Assembly (NCBI GenBank): GCA_030141605.1
Contig: JAQGDQ010000248.1
Location: 248,001-312,000, forward strand
Direction: 5' to 3'
DNA length: 64,000 bases
DNA from: Tubiluchus corallicola
Taxonomy: Eukaryota > Animalia > Priapulida
The position numbers and the translations under genes are program-made. Shown here piece after piece: positions 50,052 through 64,000 of this stretch. Under the pieces are notes generated by a model that worked only from the letters and a program-made list of their open reading frames with translations, did not search any database and was not told where the DNA came from. Numbering within the stretch: the stretch's first letter is position 1; every line of letters begins with the position of its first letter.

Positions 50052-50853
50052 ACGTATGTATTTTGAAATACATTTATGTAAACATGTATTTTGAGGTTAA
50101 TCATATTCATCATTAGAGAGGAATTTGAGGTCTCATGACTTCAGGTTCATGATTGGTTACAGCTTTTTCGGATGAAACATTCCACAACGATGATCGATGA
50201 ACAATCGAATGTCTTTGTTTTACAACTTAACCGTCAATTATAATGGAAATTCTTTTTATCATTCTTATAGTAGAATGAACGTGTTTCGTTATAGAGGAAA
50301 AACTAGATTATACTTTAACATCAGAATTATTAAATGCGCTGAATCAGGATTACCGTTTTGTATGATGCTGATTATCGTATTTTCCGCCAAATTATTGTAC
50401 TATTGCAGCAAATTATTATTAATATGCACTTAATAAGTAACTATAACACCAAAAAGTGGCATTAACAAGTGTAAAATTAAATTTATCAAAACATAGTAAA
50501 ATGTCACTAATTTCTGTGCAAAATCAAGCCTTATCCACTTCATCATGAGCATTCTTTATTGAAATTACTGATTTCTCAAGAACCTCTGACCACCAACTGC
50601 GACCACTATAAAATCAGATTATTTACTTTCCACAGGTTAGAAGTAACGTTCTAAATGTTTTCAGTGCACAATTGTTTCAAACTAGATTTTGTTTCATATC
50701 TAAATTATTGTACAATTATCGATTATCGAGTAGTACGAAGCCTCAAATTATTGTATGTTCCGATAATTAACGTGTAAACAGCAACAATAAGTGTTTTTCC
50801 AACGGATCATGACATCAGTGGCATGTGACAGCAGATCGGGGAACATGCATCAA

Positions 50854-51099
50854 CAGGCCTATTTCAGTCTAGGCGAGGCCCGGGGAAGTGGGGCACATGA
50901 GGCCCTATCGGGGGTGGGGGGTCTACCATGTTTGGCGCCCAGAAAATTTTTGAACTCCTATAACGTTGGAGAAGCATTTTCGAAGAGAAAATATGGAGTT
51001 ATACAGTTGTTAAAGGAAAGAACAATTGAAAGAAAAACTGTTTTATTCTCAAGACCAGTCCTTAATAGTTGTCAAATACTGGCAAACAGCGCGCGTGCG

Positions 51100-51147
<48 letters not shown>

Positions 51148-51277
51148 CAGAGAGAGAGAGAGAGAGGGAGAGAGGAGGCAGTATGTTCGCATATAGCAAA
51201 AAAATTACCTTGGCGCGAGGCCCCCCTGGAGGGTGAGGCCCCGGGGAAGTGTCCCCCCCCCCTTGAAATAGGCCCTG
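50854..51277. mobile_element. hAT-type MITE with an 8-bp TSD; contains an (AG)n tract
   Basis: CAGGCCTATTTCA ... TGAAATAGGCCCTG; TSD TGCATCAA / GGCATCAA; subterminal direct repeat GAGGCCC(C)GGGGAAGTG. Confidence 0.85.
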
Positions 51278-54200
51278 GGCATCAAATTATAAGCGGTGCT
51301 GTGGAACGTGGGTAACGGAAGCACCAAAGATGATGATCATATCAGTGACATCAGAGACATTTGTACTGATGTTATATCAGATTTGAAACCTCGCTACACC
51401 ACAGACTAACCACTCTATAGTTGACCAAAGGATAGAACAAAGACCCCGTCCAAGTTCCCATCATAGTAATGCCTTAATTTACTTTAGTTCCTCACAATTT
51501 TCTTGACTTGTTCAGTGTTCAGCTAATTGGAATCTGTGCTCCCTGGAGAGGAAAGAGAAAAGGTCTACCCAGCGTTTTGTATAATTACTACTCGCAGTTA
51601 GTAACTTTAACTATCGCAGATGAAGGGAGATGAACTCCATGGCAACGGATTGTCATCTCTGGATGCTGCATTTACTTAATTTGAACAGAAATTGCACACA
51701 ACAGATGACTGTCGAACTCAAACTTTCTAGAAACTTTATGCAGCAAAAATTTCACTACCGATGTATTAGTGTTGTAACGTTTTAATTTAGTACACTACTA
51801 GTACTAATAGGAAGAAAGCTTTGTGGATTTATACTACAAAGACAATAGCTGATGGCGTCTTATCGTATCTGTCTTTAAAAACCACTCAAGATAAAACGAC
51901 CTTCCTTTCAGCCTACCCGAAACTATCATTTTTCTTACAAATTCTCCTGAAATATCCAAAATTACATTTTTTACGAATTTTGTGAAACGAGTTCATTAAA
52001 ATCAACTCACAAAATTATCGGAAGATAATTTGCAACATTTCACAGAATTAGTGAGAAATGTAAATAGAAAGAGAAACAGCGAACATTTTATTTCAATTTT
52101 AAAAACATTCAGATAAACCAGCGAACGACTTTTTGTTAATAATTACCCAATAATTTTATAATGTTGTGAGAAAGCAGTGAAATAAGCTGCACTAGGATTT
52201 CAGCGGCCTACTCATCAGCATTAAAAGCAGTGGCGGCAAATCCATTTAATCTCCGCACTGCCTACTTCAGAACTCAGCCTCTACTAATTAATAAGCTGTA
52301 GATGGCTAATTTCCTGCGGACAATGTAAAGTCCGCACACGTTTATGGCCGCTGTGCACAATAAATAATACGTTAGGCGTGCAAACTGCTGCAGACGATTT
52401 AATAAGCGCGTATAAAGCACAGCAAACCCTGATTTGTTCCCAGGGATTAATAGCAGGTCTGCACAGGGCAGAGGAATGCACGCAACTGTAATAAAGGGAT
52501 GTTTGCTCGTGTATCTTTAAGCAAATTTTCTTGAGGAAAGCACGTTGTAGTACACGTTAAAGCACAAAAAACACTTTTCATAATTAAAGCTTAAAAAATT
52601 CGTCTTGAAAATTTCTACCACTTATATGTCGTCTTATTGCACATAGAGCTTGCGTTAGCCGTAACGCTGTAAAAAAACTTGTAAATTTCATCCCATTCTT
52701 TACATTCAAATCTAGTTTCAAAAATTTAATAATCGTGGGTTTATTCCAATAAGAATCGACGGCGTTAAACTAGGATTTTAAATAGTTAACCAGTGTAACA
52801 CACGGAAAATCTAAGGTCTAAATTAATCACAAGCGTTAATAAACTAGTCCTTGACAATGTTGTTTTGGCTTAATCGCAAGAGGTTGTTTGGTCTAATGGT
52901 TGTCTAATGGTCTGACGTTGGTTTGCACTGCAAAGATCCATGGTTCAAGTCAGCATCATTTTTTTCACATTTTTGCCTTTCAACTTTCTATTTTGTTTGG
53001 TTCCAAGAGTTTGACAAACGTTGTTGTTTTTTCCATAATTAACTGATGATCTTGAAAAGAGGAACACGAATAACAAGTTTAATGTTGTAAGTCATTTCTA
53101 CAAGGATTTTGCAAGGATTTGAGTATATTTTAAATTTTAGGCTGAGTAAATTGGAGCATGTATTGAGCATTCATGGCATCTGTGTAAAATACTGATGTTG
53201 GTTTCTCAATACATGTAACTTAATTTGTGGCTTAGGTTGCTCTTAAAAAATTGCAAGTTTTCCCTCGGAATCGAAATGTATCAAGTTTCATTCTGAACAA
53301 CTTAATTGAAAACAGGATGATTTTTCACATCCATTTTAAAGTACGACAAAAAAGTATACATTTTAACACCTATTACAATGTCTATTACTATTGCAAGCCC
53401 CACTAGTGATGTCATCACAACTTAACATAATTTCTAACAGCACAAACATTCAATGAGCACGTTTGAGCGTGTTGCTATACAGTGCTAAATTTTTAAAAAT
53501 ACTTAAAAGTACAGTGCTACTGAACAACATTCGGTGTGATATACAAAAACTCGACAGACTTTAAGTTTAAAATTAAAATTTCAAGTTTGCCGTTGGGCTC
53601 ACGTATGAGTTCCCAACTGAACATCTCTGAACTAATAACTATTTCACATAAGTCATTCTTAAAAACTAGTATGTTTCAATATTTAATAAGGCAGATTGTT
53701 TTGAGCTACAGTTCAATATTGGGGTTTAATAAGTCTGAGTGGCTCAAATGGAAAAGACTTTAAATGCCCAAGTCTGGCGAACAACATTGCAGAGTAACGA
53801 CTTCAATGCCACGTGTATACTTACTCATTTTTAATACACATATTTTGAGGTTCAAGGATCCTAGATATGCATTCAGTCAAGTAATGGGGACGCTAAAAAC
53901 TAGCCGTCTACAGCCCTTTATCCATTTCAAACGAACGAATTTTCTCATCAAACATTTTACAAGAAGACAAAATTCACGAAATGTCATTGAACTCTCAGCC
54001 AAACAACGCATCGTCAATCTAGATTGCATCCCATCGACGACGACACGAGTTTATCCTTTCTGAAAAACCTGATCAAACCAAAAGCTCTAGTGGCAATCAT
54101 GTATAAGATGTTGTCGCGCCGGGGTTGCCATGTTATTTAATCTAGACGAATTTGCCTTATAAGCTTTGATTACGGTAGCCAGACATCGATGTAGGTGCTA

Positions 54201-54459
54201 GCAACAGCAAGTGTGGGACAACAAGACAATTCAGTTGTTTATATGAATAAATTCATGTGGCCCATTTTCATGAACACGTTGCATCTGTGGCTTCTAACGC
54301 TCGCGTTGGATGTAAAAAGAAATGTGTGTTAAGAGATGTGGTGTTTATGCCGTGATAAAAACTAATTTCTGATTACATAATGTGTAAATGCTTTTAAAGT
54401 ATACTCTCTTACTAATGTGAGTAATGTAACATTGCTAACAGTAAAACCCATGTTATTAA

Positions 54460-54697
54460 AGGGAAAGAAACGACAATTTTAAAGTATTTCTTAAAAAAAT
54501 TTCCACATATACAAAGTTATATTATTTGGCATTACGTTTAGGTGTTCGAAAGACTTATAAAACTAGAAAAGATAATTCCTGCACAAAATACAGGTTTGCT
54601 GCTAATATAAGCTCTGTACGCAGTAAGGCACTTTGTAAGTGATATAAAATTTCATGGCAAACTTTTAGCTTTATGTAAGTAAAGACTTTTTTGTGCT
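54460..54697 (+). mobile_element. Internally deleted family A copy
   Basis: TTAA|AGGGAAAG ... TTGTGCT|TTAA, with both ends retained and the middle missing. Confidence 0.72.
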
Positions 54698-54875
54698 TTA
54701 ATTTTAAGATACTATGTTCATAAGACTGACTTATTTTTGCTGTCTTATTATTGTCACTAACGAATCATCTTTAGTGTAATTTCTCATTAATACTCTGTAA
54801 ATACTTTACAAAAAAGTAAGCTCTTTTTTAAACTGCCATAGACAAGAAGTTCTACTCAATTGTATATAAATTTAA

Positions 54876-55397
54876 CAGGGTAAACACTAAAAACACTTTA
54901 CCAATTACCAATAATCTTTGCTAAGAAAGTTAAAAAATGAACATTTTGTGCTTAGTATTGTCATCAAACCCATAAAATTGAAAAAAAGGATATTTGCAAG
55001 ATTGCATTGTGTTTATGGACGTGTAATTTCATTTTATTTATTCACTCATTTATATTATTTTATTTTTGCAGATTTCTAAATTTAAAAAAAATAAACCCAT
55101 GCCGTTTACAGAGGAAGACAAAATGTTTCTCCCCAGTAAGAAATGGTCAAGACCAGGCATCGATAGATTGCTAAGGAAAACTGACGCCACTAGCATACGT
55201 TCATTTTTTTAAATTTAGAAATCTGAAAAAACAAAATAAAATAATTGTGTGAATAAATTTAATAAAATTAACATGTCCTTAAGCACAATACAGTCTTACT
55301 TATATCTAGTTTTTTCATTTTTAAGTTCTTGATTGCAATGTCAAACGTAAAATGTTAATCTTTTGGAATTTCTTAGCAAAAATTCTTAGCAATGGCA
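54876..55397 (+). mobile_element. Tc1/mariner-derived foldback element with a relic of the transposase N-terminus
   Basis: ~175-bp diverged inverted arms (TTTGCTAAGAAA..CAGATTTCTAAATTTAAAAAAA / TTTTTTTAAATTTAGAAATCTG..TTTCTTAGCAAA); centre 55099-55194 reads MPFTEEDKMFLPSKKWSRPGIDRLLRKTDATS. Confidence 0.7.
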
Positions 55398-58300
55398 AAA
55401 CCAAAAGCCATCAATCGCAGCAGGCCTTAAAAGGGTTGTCTAAAAATGTAACTAGTGACTCCTCTCCAAAGAGTTGTACTTCATTTTAAACAATTGTTTC
55501 AACTCTGACGATGGTCTCTTATCAACCCATTTCAACACTTCAACTTGGTTGTAAATACGCTTTGTATCTGAATAATGCAAGAGTCTATAGATTTTAAGGC
55601 AGCAATCCAAAAACCAAACTTAACTTATTCGATTAACATGCTGAGTACATGAATGGCTTGCCTGATGTTACACACATGCATTTCAAGGTAACCTATTTTG
55701 AATCAGTAGGCCTATTTGCCGTGTTTCGAAGAAGCTGGATAAAAAGTAGAATCGGAAAATAATTTACAATAGCAAAGGCCCCGAAAAAAATTTGCGTATA
55801 AATTTACACGTGTAATCAAAAATAAGCGAACATCCTACCTAGTGTTTGTCTACTTACCTAACGCAAAGCCAGTAGCCTTTACATTAGCTTTTACTGAATT
55901 AAAGTTATAAGATTATAGACAGAGTACAATGGATGACGTCAGAACAATGGCATTGCGTCAGCAGTTTTCCAAGCGAAAATTGCCGAAAATAGAACACGTA
56001 ATTAACTCGTCGTTACTCCTCTCAGTGGACGTGTCCTAAAATATAACTCACACCATCGTGTAGCCCCGTTCTTCCTCCTTCTAAAGTACAAACCTGCTAA
56101 AGTCTTGCGTTCAATACCCCTGTCTTTTTGACAATTTTGTAATGCTTCAATACTATGAAGCATTAGTTTGATAAGTAACTGGCTTCCACAGTTAAATTAC
56201 AAATGCAGTTATTATTGTTATTCCTCGCTACAAGATATATAATAATGTGATGTACTTAATGTTGATTTTTTTCGTATTATATAAATCCGAAAATTCCAGA
56301 TCAAGTTTATAACATTTAATTATATCAACAACATGAAAAGCTTAACAGCAAACGGCTGCCATAATCCAGTCACGTGGTCAAAAGTATGGTTACGTCAAAG
56401 CGACAAAATAAATGTAAAGTCACTGTAAGTTAAAAGATTCGCAACACAACTTGCTCCAAAATGCTACTGAAAGAAATTTTAAGTTTGGCTAGTGGGATGG
56501 CTGCTTTAACATTTGCAACTCAGTTAAAAAAGCTTATGATGTTTGCCAGTAGGCGCTACCAATTAAAGTGGGTTAATATGTATTATTTTGTTGTTGTTGT
56601 TGCTGCTGTTGATTAATTGAATTTAAACATAATTTTACTACACGGTTTGTACCAGAAAGTTTTTACAACTTATGCGCGGGCACTCCCCGCTTAGTAAATT
56701 TAACAACTGTTAGAACTTAACAACAAACTGTTGCTGTTGTTATGATTATGATTATGATGATGATGATTGTAAGCATCTTAATTGTTTAATATTTAACAGC
56801 AAGCTCGTGGTGACACTTTAAAACTAATATTTATCAATAGCCATGACTCTATAAGCTTGATGCAGTAATGATGCTTCGAATCACTGACCGACAAGGCGAA
56901 ATCGTTTTCATTAAATTGCGCAACTGTAGCGAAAACGTAGAGACGCAAACTGTATCTGCAGTGTAATTCGCAATAAATGAACGATTATAGATTTACCCAC
57001 TCGGCTAAGTTCGCGATTAGCTTGATTTGTGCACACAGTACACTGGGTAATATGTGATTAATATCAACTCAATTCGCGCGTGCAGCGCTAATGTTCGATC
57101 AGCAGAACGATTATGTATTTCCTCTGTCACGCTCTGTCAACTCATTTCATCAATGGCTTGACCCGATTTCCATACATCTTTGGTGATCTCTTTGCGCTAG
57201 CGGGCTTCTGCGTAGATTCATGAAGAATCACCGGACGGCTGTGTAGGGACCGAATGGGGTTTAGGAACTAGAAAGCACGTTGGCTGTTTTCGGAGTAAAA
57301 CGTCTGACAATTTCAGGTCGCCTTGTCCGCAAATGTGAAAAATATGTTTTTCATTTTCTGTTTCGTAAACGAATTTATTTTCGTTGCCTGGGTAACCAAG
57401 ACACAGGGCACACCCTCATCTGCCTTGCAAACGCCTTGCAGCAATTTGTATCTGACACGGCAGAGTTTACAACCTGTTGGCCAATAAAACAAATAACATT
57501 TTCTTCTAGATTTCACCCTGATGCAGTAGGAGATGTGAAATCTTGAATACAGCACACAGCTATTGAGCGCATTTGCGTAAGCCAAATGATTTGTATGGGG
57601 CAATTTGAGAAAACGTACATAACAATGGGCCACTCAGTTCCTGATTTATGTTTATTTTCTGCGAAATGTTACCGTTATTCAGCCGTTTATGCGTCATTGG
57701 AGAATCGAGAAATTTACGGTTGTGCTTCTTTTCCCAGCAGACTATATGTTAGGCATAAGCTACATTGTCAAAACAGCGTGGCAATTGCTGTTTATGTACA
57801 CAATAAGCAATTTAGGAGGTACGTCATGTATAAGAATGTGATGTGTCTATTGAAATTCCTGAATATGATCTTTTTAAAGGATCAGTCTCAAACTATAACT
57901 CAAGAATATTGAAAGGGGAACATGCTATTTTTTCAAGAACTGCTTACGTGAAAAAAATTTTACCACTGAAATGTAAGTTCGCGCTCGCGCGGCTAGTTCT
58001 TCGCTGTTGCATGTTTTTCGCCATTCGTTATTTAGATGGGCACTAGCGTCTGCATCTCGGAAACGCGTTGTCCAAAAAAGCAGGTGCTGTAGCTCTCAGT
58101 TCAGGGGCGTTCAGTTGCGACGTAGTACACATGTTTGAGGCATTTGAAATTTGACGAATTTTTGTATATCACTCTGAATGTTGTTCAGTAGCACTTTACT
58201 TCTATTTTCGGTTCATATACGCGCAACACGATCATGGAATGTGTGTGCTGTTGAAAAATATGTCTAGTTGTGATGCCATCACTAGTTCATTGACTCGTCT

Positions 58301-61300
58301 ACCATTAATTAAGTTTTTAGCGTATAATTTAATTATCCGAAACGTTTTGGCGTTATTATTGTGTGTTTTAAAAAATGTATGCGTTTTATTGCACTTCAAA
58401 ATGGGTTAAGACATGAAATATTATCGTGTTTTAATTTAAGTAATGCGGTTTTTAGAAGTGTCAGAGCAGTAAATTTATATGAACAAGAATTGGCGCTTTG
58501 AAGGAAAACTGTGTATAAATTGTACAGCCCCGTAGAGTAGAGCAGTATCTAATAATTTGCTTTGGCTGAAATTTTAGCCAGCGCTTTTCCTCAAGGAACA
58601 AGATAATTATTCTAAACTGATCAGTGAGCAGATTCATTCATAACGATTTAATGCAGTCTAGTTGATAAATTGAATCACTAACACCTGCTGCCATTTTGTC
58701 AACGCTGCGCAATATGGGTGCATAAACGATTTACGCAGTTTCTTTATAAACGACACAGCAAACGTTTTTAATAAGAAATCAATAAAGATTAATATCTTGT
58801 ATCTTTGGCGCCCGTGATTTCTTGAAGGCGAAGCCAGCATTAATTTAGCGGCTCTGGCGAAAAACGCTGCATGTCTAGGAGAAATCTGGCACATTTCCTG
58901 AACTGTGGCGGGAAATAAAGTTGTTGAAACTGCAATAATTTCTGCTTTTAGCCTGTCTTTTTTCCTAAATCAGCGGTATTATGCAAACAGCATAATAGTC
59001 ATAAAATACTATTAAAAATCTACGTTTTTCAACTGACATGTTGTGCAATGCAGCATATGATATGAAACATAATGTCATCAGTATCGCTTTGAGCAACGTT
59101 AGCGTTGGAATCAAAAGATATTTAGCACTAATTTTACATGCCAAAATGGAGCCATTTGGCTTCATAAAGACAACTTTCGCACAAGGTTAACTATTATCTT
59201 ATCTTAGGAATAGAACTTAGGAATAGTTCGAATTTAAGAACTAATCTAGCATAAGTAAATCATGAAAATTATCTCCTGTGCGATGGAACTCAAACTACAC
59301 GGCTCTTTCTTTATAGATCTGTTGATTTCAGAACGTTGTCTAATTCAGAGATACTTCATCAAAGTAGACATCAGTCTCGCAGCTTCAACACTTGACCTCA
59401 ATGACTCTTTAAGTCTTAGCAGTGGCTAAGACAGTGACAGACCGAATTAATGACGTGCGTACTTACGTGCACATCAATAGCCATTAAATGATCAAGCTAC
59501 CAAGACTCTATATTAGGTCCAGAATGATTATATTCTAAGCGGTTTGTTTAATTATTGATAAAATAAGGCACAGTGACCAAGGTATCCTGTAATTCTCCTT
59601 ATGACATTATAAGTCTCGGCGGAGAAGCCGCAGATTAAATATAATGTGAATGAGTCTTTAATGGGCTGGCATGAAGCCTAGTATCGAGGGACATATTGTG
59701 CAGTTTGCACGAGCAAACTTTGCCTCTGTGACCGACCGGCCATTAAATCATCATAATCTTCGCTGAGAAGCCACAGATAATGAACGCCGTTGTTATACAA
59801 ACGCATTGTATACAATGGTGCACAGGTAGAACTAGCAAGAACGAAAAAAACTACAATATCGGGTGAAATTTAATTAAAGGAAAGGTCAAACCTTCTGGGA
59901 AGTTAGTCTTGTTTCAATACTCGTGAAAAATGTTAGAAGGATTTAGTAATCAAAGTGTGAAAAGTGCCTCCTGTAATTAGTAAAATCACTTTAAGGACGT
60001 GATCATTTTGAACGCCCATTCTTATTTATTTCATTTTAATCAGGGTTCATTGTTACACGGTTCATACCAAAATGTTTTAACAACTTATGCGCAGGCACTA
60101 CCGGCTTACTATATTTAACAACTGTTAGTAGTAGTAGTAGTACCTAACTCAACAATGAACAATATTTACAAAGTTATTATAGTTACTTGGTATGAGGAGA
60201 TACAAAAAGCAAAAGATGAATAGTTAAGTATTCAGCTTGCGTACCAAACTGGCTTATCACTAAACATGCATTAATTACCAACGACGTCGTTTGTTGACTG
60301 AAGAATAGCAGTGCATTGTAAGTTCCTGTCAAAAGTATAATAAGTTTTTAGAAAAAAAATTAAATGGCTAACTTTGTGATATTTTTGGATAACACTTAGG
60401 TAAGCTACAGAAGTTTGAATTATAGTTTAAGCAGCGCACGGTTACAGAAAGCCACGCAGTCAATCAATTAGTCATAATTTTCAAGTGAAAATTTCTGCAC
60501 AGTGGTAGTACAAAACTACTTTTTGCCTTAGTTTTTTGCAAATTCCTTTGTTATATTTTTCTAAGTTTAAGTACTGTCAGTAAGATAAATCCAACATGGT
60601 AGTGATTTGTCCTTTCCTTTAGCTTACATTTCAAGGGTAGGTGTTCAAGCTGATCCAATTTCTAGTTTCACTGAAGGTAGGATTAAATCTACTGTTTTGT
60701 ATGTCTTCGGAAACATCTTGGGGTTTACTGGGTAGAGCGAACAAAACTGAGTTTTTCAGCATAATTTCTTACTTTATTTGGCTTACGTTGAAATTTACTC
60801 AGGTTTGATTTCGTGATTACTGTTTTGAAATAATGTCACAGCAAATGCACTCTCGTATGTTTTCCCTTTTAATGGATGTCGTCGCTTAGTGATGTGTTGT
60901 AGTTGAAAATTGCCTTTTATATAATAGTATAATTAGAGTAATTATCTAGATTATTACTTATTTATTTAGTTAACTTATTATCTTATTAGTATTTATTTTC
61001 ATTATGCGGACAATGGTGACGTTTGTACGTGTTGAAAATAAAATGTAGGTGCCTTGTACGGTGTGGCTAGGCCAACAGCATTTTCAATGGTAAGGTAAAG
61101 TGCAGTTCACATATGGAAATGGTGAAGAAACTTGCATGATATGAGAGAGAGCTCCTCCGAGACTTCTCCTGTTTAACATGTATAAAACGGGGGGACGAGT
61201 TAGTAACTCATGGGAATGAACTAAAAAAAAATTTCTTGTATCTAGGGGCTACGTATGAAAGTACTTGTGCGAGACGCATAATACGATAATATCCTCTCAG

Positions 61301-62464
61301 GTTAGAAGCAAAGTCTATACAGCTGATGAGGTCCATTAGGTGAAGGTTCCTGAAATAAATAAATAAGCCATTATGAGACTTTTAAGTTCGTTCAGCGTTT
61401 CATTCACGTTCAACCTGCACAATATTCTTTCCAGAAGTTGTCCAGTTCCGGTTTAAATCTAGTATGGAGTTGCGGCGCTACATGTAGAAGAACAAGAGAA
61501 ACTCACTAATTTATTGCTTTATGTTCCAAACTGGTTCTTATTCCTGTTCATTGTGAATTATTTGCAAACCATTTCCTAATGTTGAGGTTATCATACACAG
61601 TATACTTAATGGGAATAAATTTCATACTGTGCCTGTACTTATGACAGCGTCGAGACCAACGCAATTAAAGCGATTCTGTACGACCTACATTATTACTGTG
61701 CGGCGAACATTTATATTTAAGCCTTATCCAATATTGCAACTGCTCCATGTAGTTTAAACATTGTTATTGCATATGCCTGCGCCAGTATCAAAGTAGATAA
61801 CTCATAGAGGTTCTAAGCTAATATTTGCATTAACTTTATTGCGAGAATCGCTAGGCGGTGGCTTTACAGAATGAAAAGGCCGCTGAAATGGTTTTTTGTG
61901 GCAAAAAGACACATCTTGCTATCGTGAAAATAGACACACCTTACTATGATGGCGTGCAATGTAATTACAACTACAAACGGTTGCGGCTCATACTTTGAAC
62001 TAGGAGAATGTGGACTTATATTGCAATTACGCGCTCTTTTGTGGCATAGTAAATAGTGTTAATTTGGTAATGTATCGATTGGTAATAGCAACATGGCAAT
62101 AGCTTGCGGCGACGACACAGCAATTACTTGACAGAAAGGAAATATAAGATCATAATAAGTTTCAAATAAACATGCTTACAATTATCATCCAGTCGGCAGA
62201 TATATCTCGACACAAAATGCAATTTACAGATTTATCAACTTTTTTTACAACTGCAGCGCTAAACTGCAATGTTTTAGAGCTATACAGAAAAAAATTCTGA
62301 AACGATTTTTAATCCATGCATGCAAGAAAAAAACTTAATACAATAATGGCAAATAGATTTCAACAACAACTTAAACGTGCAACTATAACATCATTTTTAT
62401 TTTCTAATTTTGAATATTCGGCATCTCTTATTTTCTTAGAATATAAAAAAGGCGAGTTATAAAC

Positions 62465-62825
<361 letters not shown>

Positions 62826-63939
62826 AAAGCGCTTCTTGTAGCGCTAGATGAAGTTTATACTCACTTGTGTTTGGTTAGAAATGCAAGACATCTAATACTT
62901 TTGCAAATTTTGAAGCTTTTATGCATACAGTATAATTTATCAATCACTTTCTGTGTTTCCAACTTTGCAATGTGTTAAACAATTACTATGTGTGAACGTC
63001 AGTAATTTCGTATTTTAGTATTGCCTGAATGACGAAGTGTTATATTTAAATGGGAAGAAAAGGTTGTTTTAAAGTACATCCAGAAAACTGGTAAAATAAC
63101 ATATTTTTAGCCTTATCGAACAAGATATAGAAATTTATACTTTTGCTCAGTTAGTGAAATGTGCGCTACGTATGCTCTCGCTATTTTTCAAACTTTACGC
63201 AGGGTTACGTAATTTTATTTTCTTATTGCGTAACTATTTCAGACAGGTAAGCGTAATGTTAAGTAATGTAACTTTGCGTGGAAAGTTGTTTAGAATATAT
63301 GACTCCCAAATTAAGTTTTCTTCATTTTCCAGCATCACCTAATGAAAGCGAAAACGATGCAATAAATCCATCTACTGCGCTGAATCTTGTGTCAATATTA
63401 TTTAACTTTTAAAACCTAAACTTCAAGGTTGAAAGTACGCTTACCAATGCAAACGAATTGTTAAAGCAAATCACAACTGCAAAGCGACAGATTTTAATTT
63501 TCAATTGAAGACCTTTGTTTACACGCATTTGCTAAACGTGTCACAGAAGTCTTTGGGTTTATCTTTGGTTTAATTTCCTGTTTCAGTGAGTAATTTCGAA
63601 CAGACTAGCCGAGAGTTTTCAGATTTAACGAGTAAATTAGCTGTAGATCGATCGGCGGCGGTTTATTCATTAAATTCGTTATAGTGAATAGAGACGAACT
63701 GTTTTGCTAGTTTCTCTGTGAATGGAAATCAATCGTTTTGTCACTTTAGTGCTAAAAACACAATTTGAAGTAACCAGCAGCATAAATGTACGGTTCTTTA
63801 AACAAACACAAAAACAGGGTGGACAATTAACAAATACTTGTAGGACCTTGAGGTCGCAGGATACGTCGAGCCCCATCACCCTATAGCGTCTAACATCGAA
63901 ACATAAAAAACAACTAACGAAACACTAATCAAGTGCACT

Positions 63940-63940
<1 letters not shown>

Positions 63941-63973
<33 letters not shown>

Positions 63974-64000
63974 ATAGCAATAAGCAACAGCAACAGCAAC
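63941..64000. repeat. (CAGCAA)n microsatellite
   Basis: Direct reading; runs off the window end. Confidence 0.9.

Noticed and set aside
50791-51315. 174-aa ORF
   Set aside because: Lies almost entirely within a hAT MITE and its (AG)n tract.
52195-52222. Minus-strand CTGATGAGTAGGCCGCTGAAA hammerhead-like motif
   Set aside because: Stem II does not pair properly and no stem I/III partner was found.
53043-53070. CTGATGATCTTGAAAAGAGGAAC hammerhead-like motif
   Set aside because: GGAA instead of GAAA after the stem, and no flanking helices.
61322-61360. Hammerhead-like CTGATGAGGTCCATTAGGTGAAGG
   Set aside because: No GAAA box at the right position and no stem I or III.

Overview
Eukaryotic, AT-rich, intron- and repeat-rich invertebrate (probably lophotrochozoan-type) genomic DNA. 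Two protein-coding genes are supported, both on the + strand. The first is the 3' part of an ECT2/pebble RhoGEF gene: seven frame-consistent exons from 6662 to the stop at 34184, covering the end of the DH domain, the PH domain and the polybasic tail, with a probable poly(A) signal near 36455-36478. The second is the first 1.36-kb coding exon (45089-46448) of a cyclic-nucleotide-gated cation channel; its next exon was not found in the window. The rest is introns and intergenic DNA holding TTAA-flanked, hAT, mariner and other non-autonomous DNA elements, a LINE 3' fragment, tRNA-SINE relics, minisatellites and microsatellites. The most notable items are: (1) a 515-bp chimeric retroposon (36656-37170, minus strand) made of a near-complete 5S rRNA head, an RTE 5'-UTR-like segment and an RTE 3' end, with a target-site duplication, i.e. 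a candidate 5S-derived SINE; (2) an intact minimal hammerhead-ribozyme motif antisense in the last ECT2 intron, plus two hammerhead relics inside palindromes; (3) signs of a spliced antisense unit and alternative exons in the 16.6-kb last ECT2 intron. All family assignments come from manual reading and recalled motifs, not from database searches.
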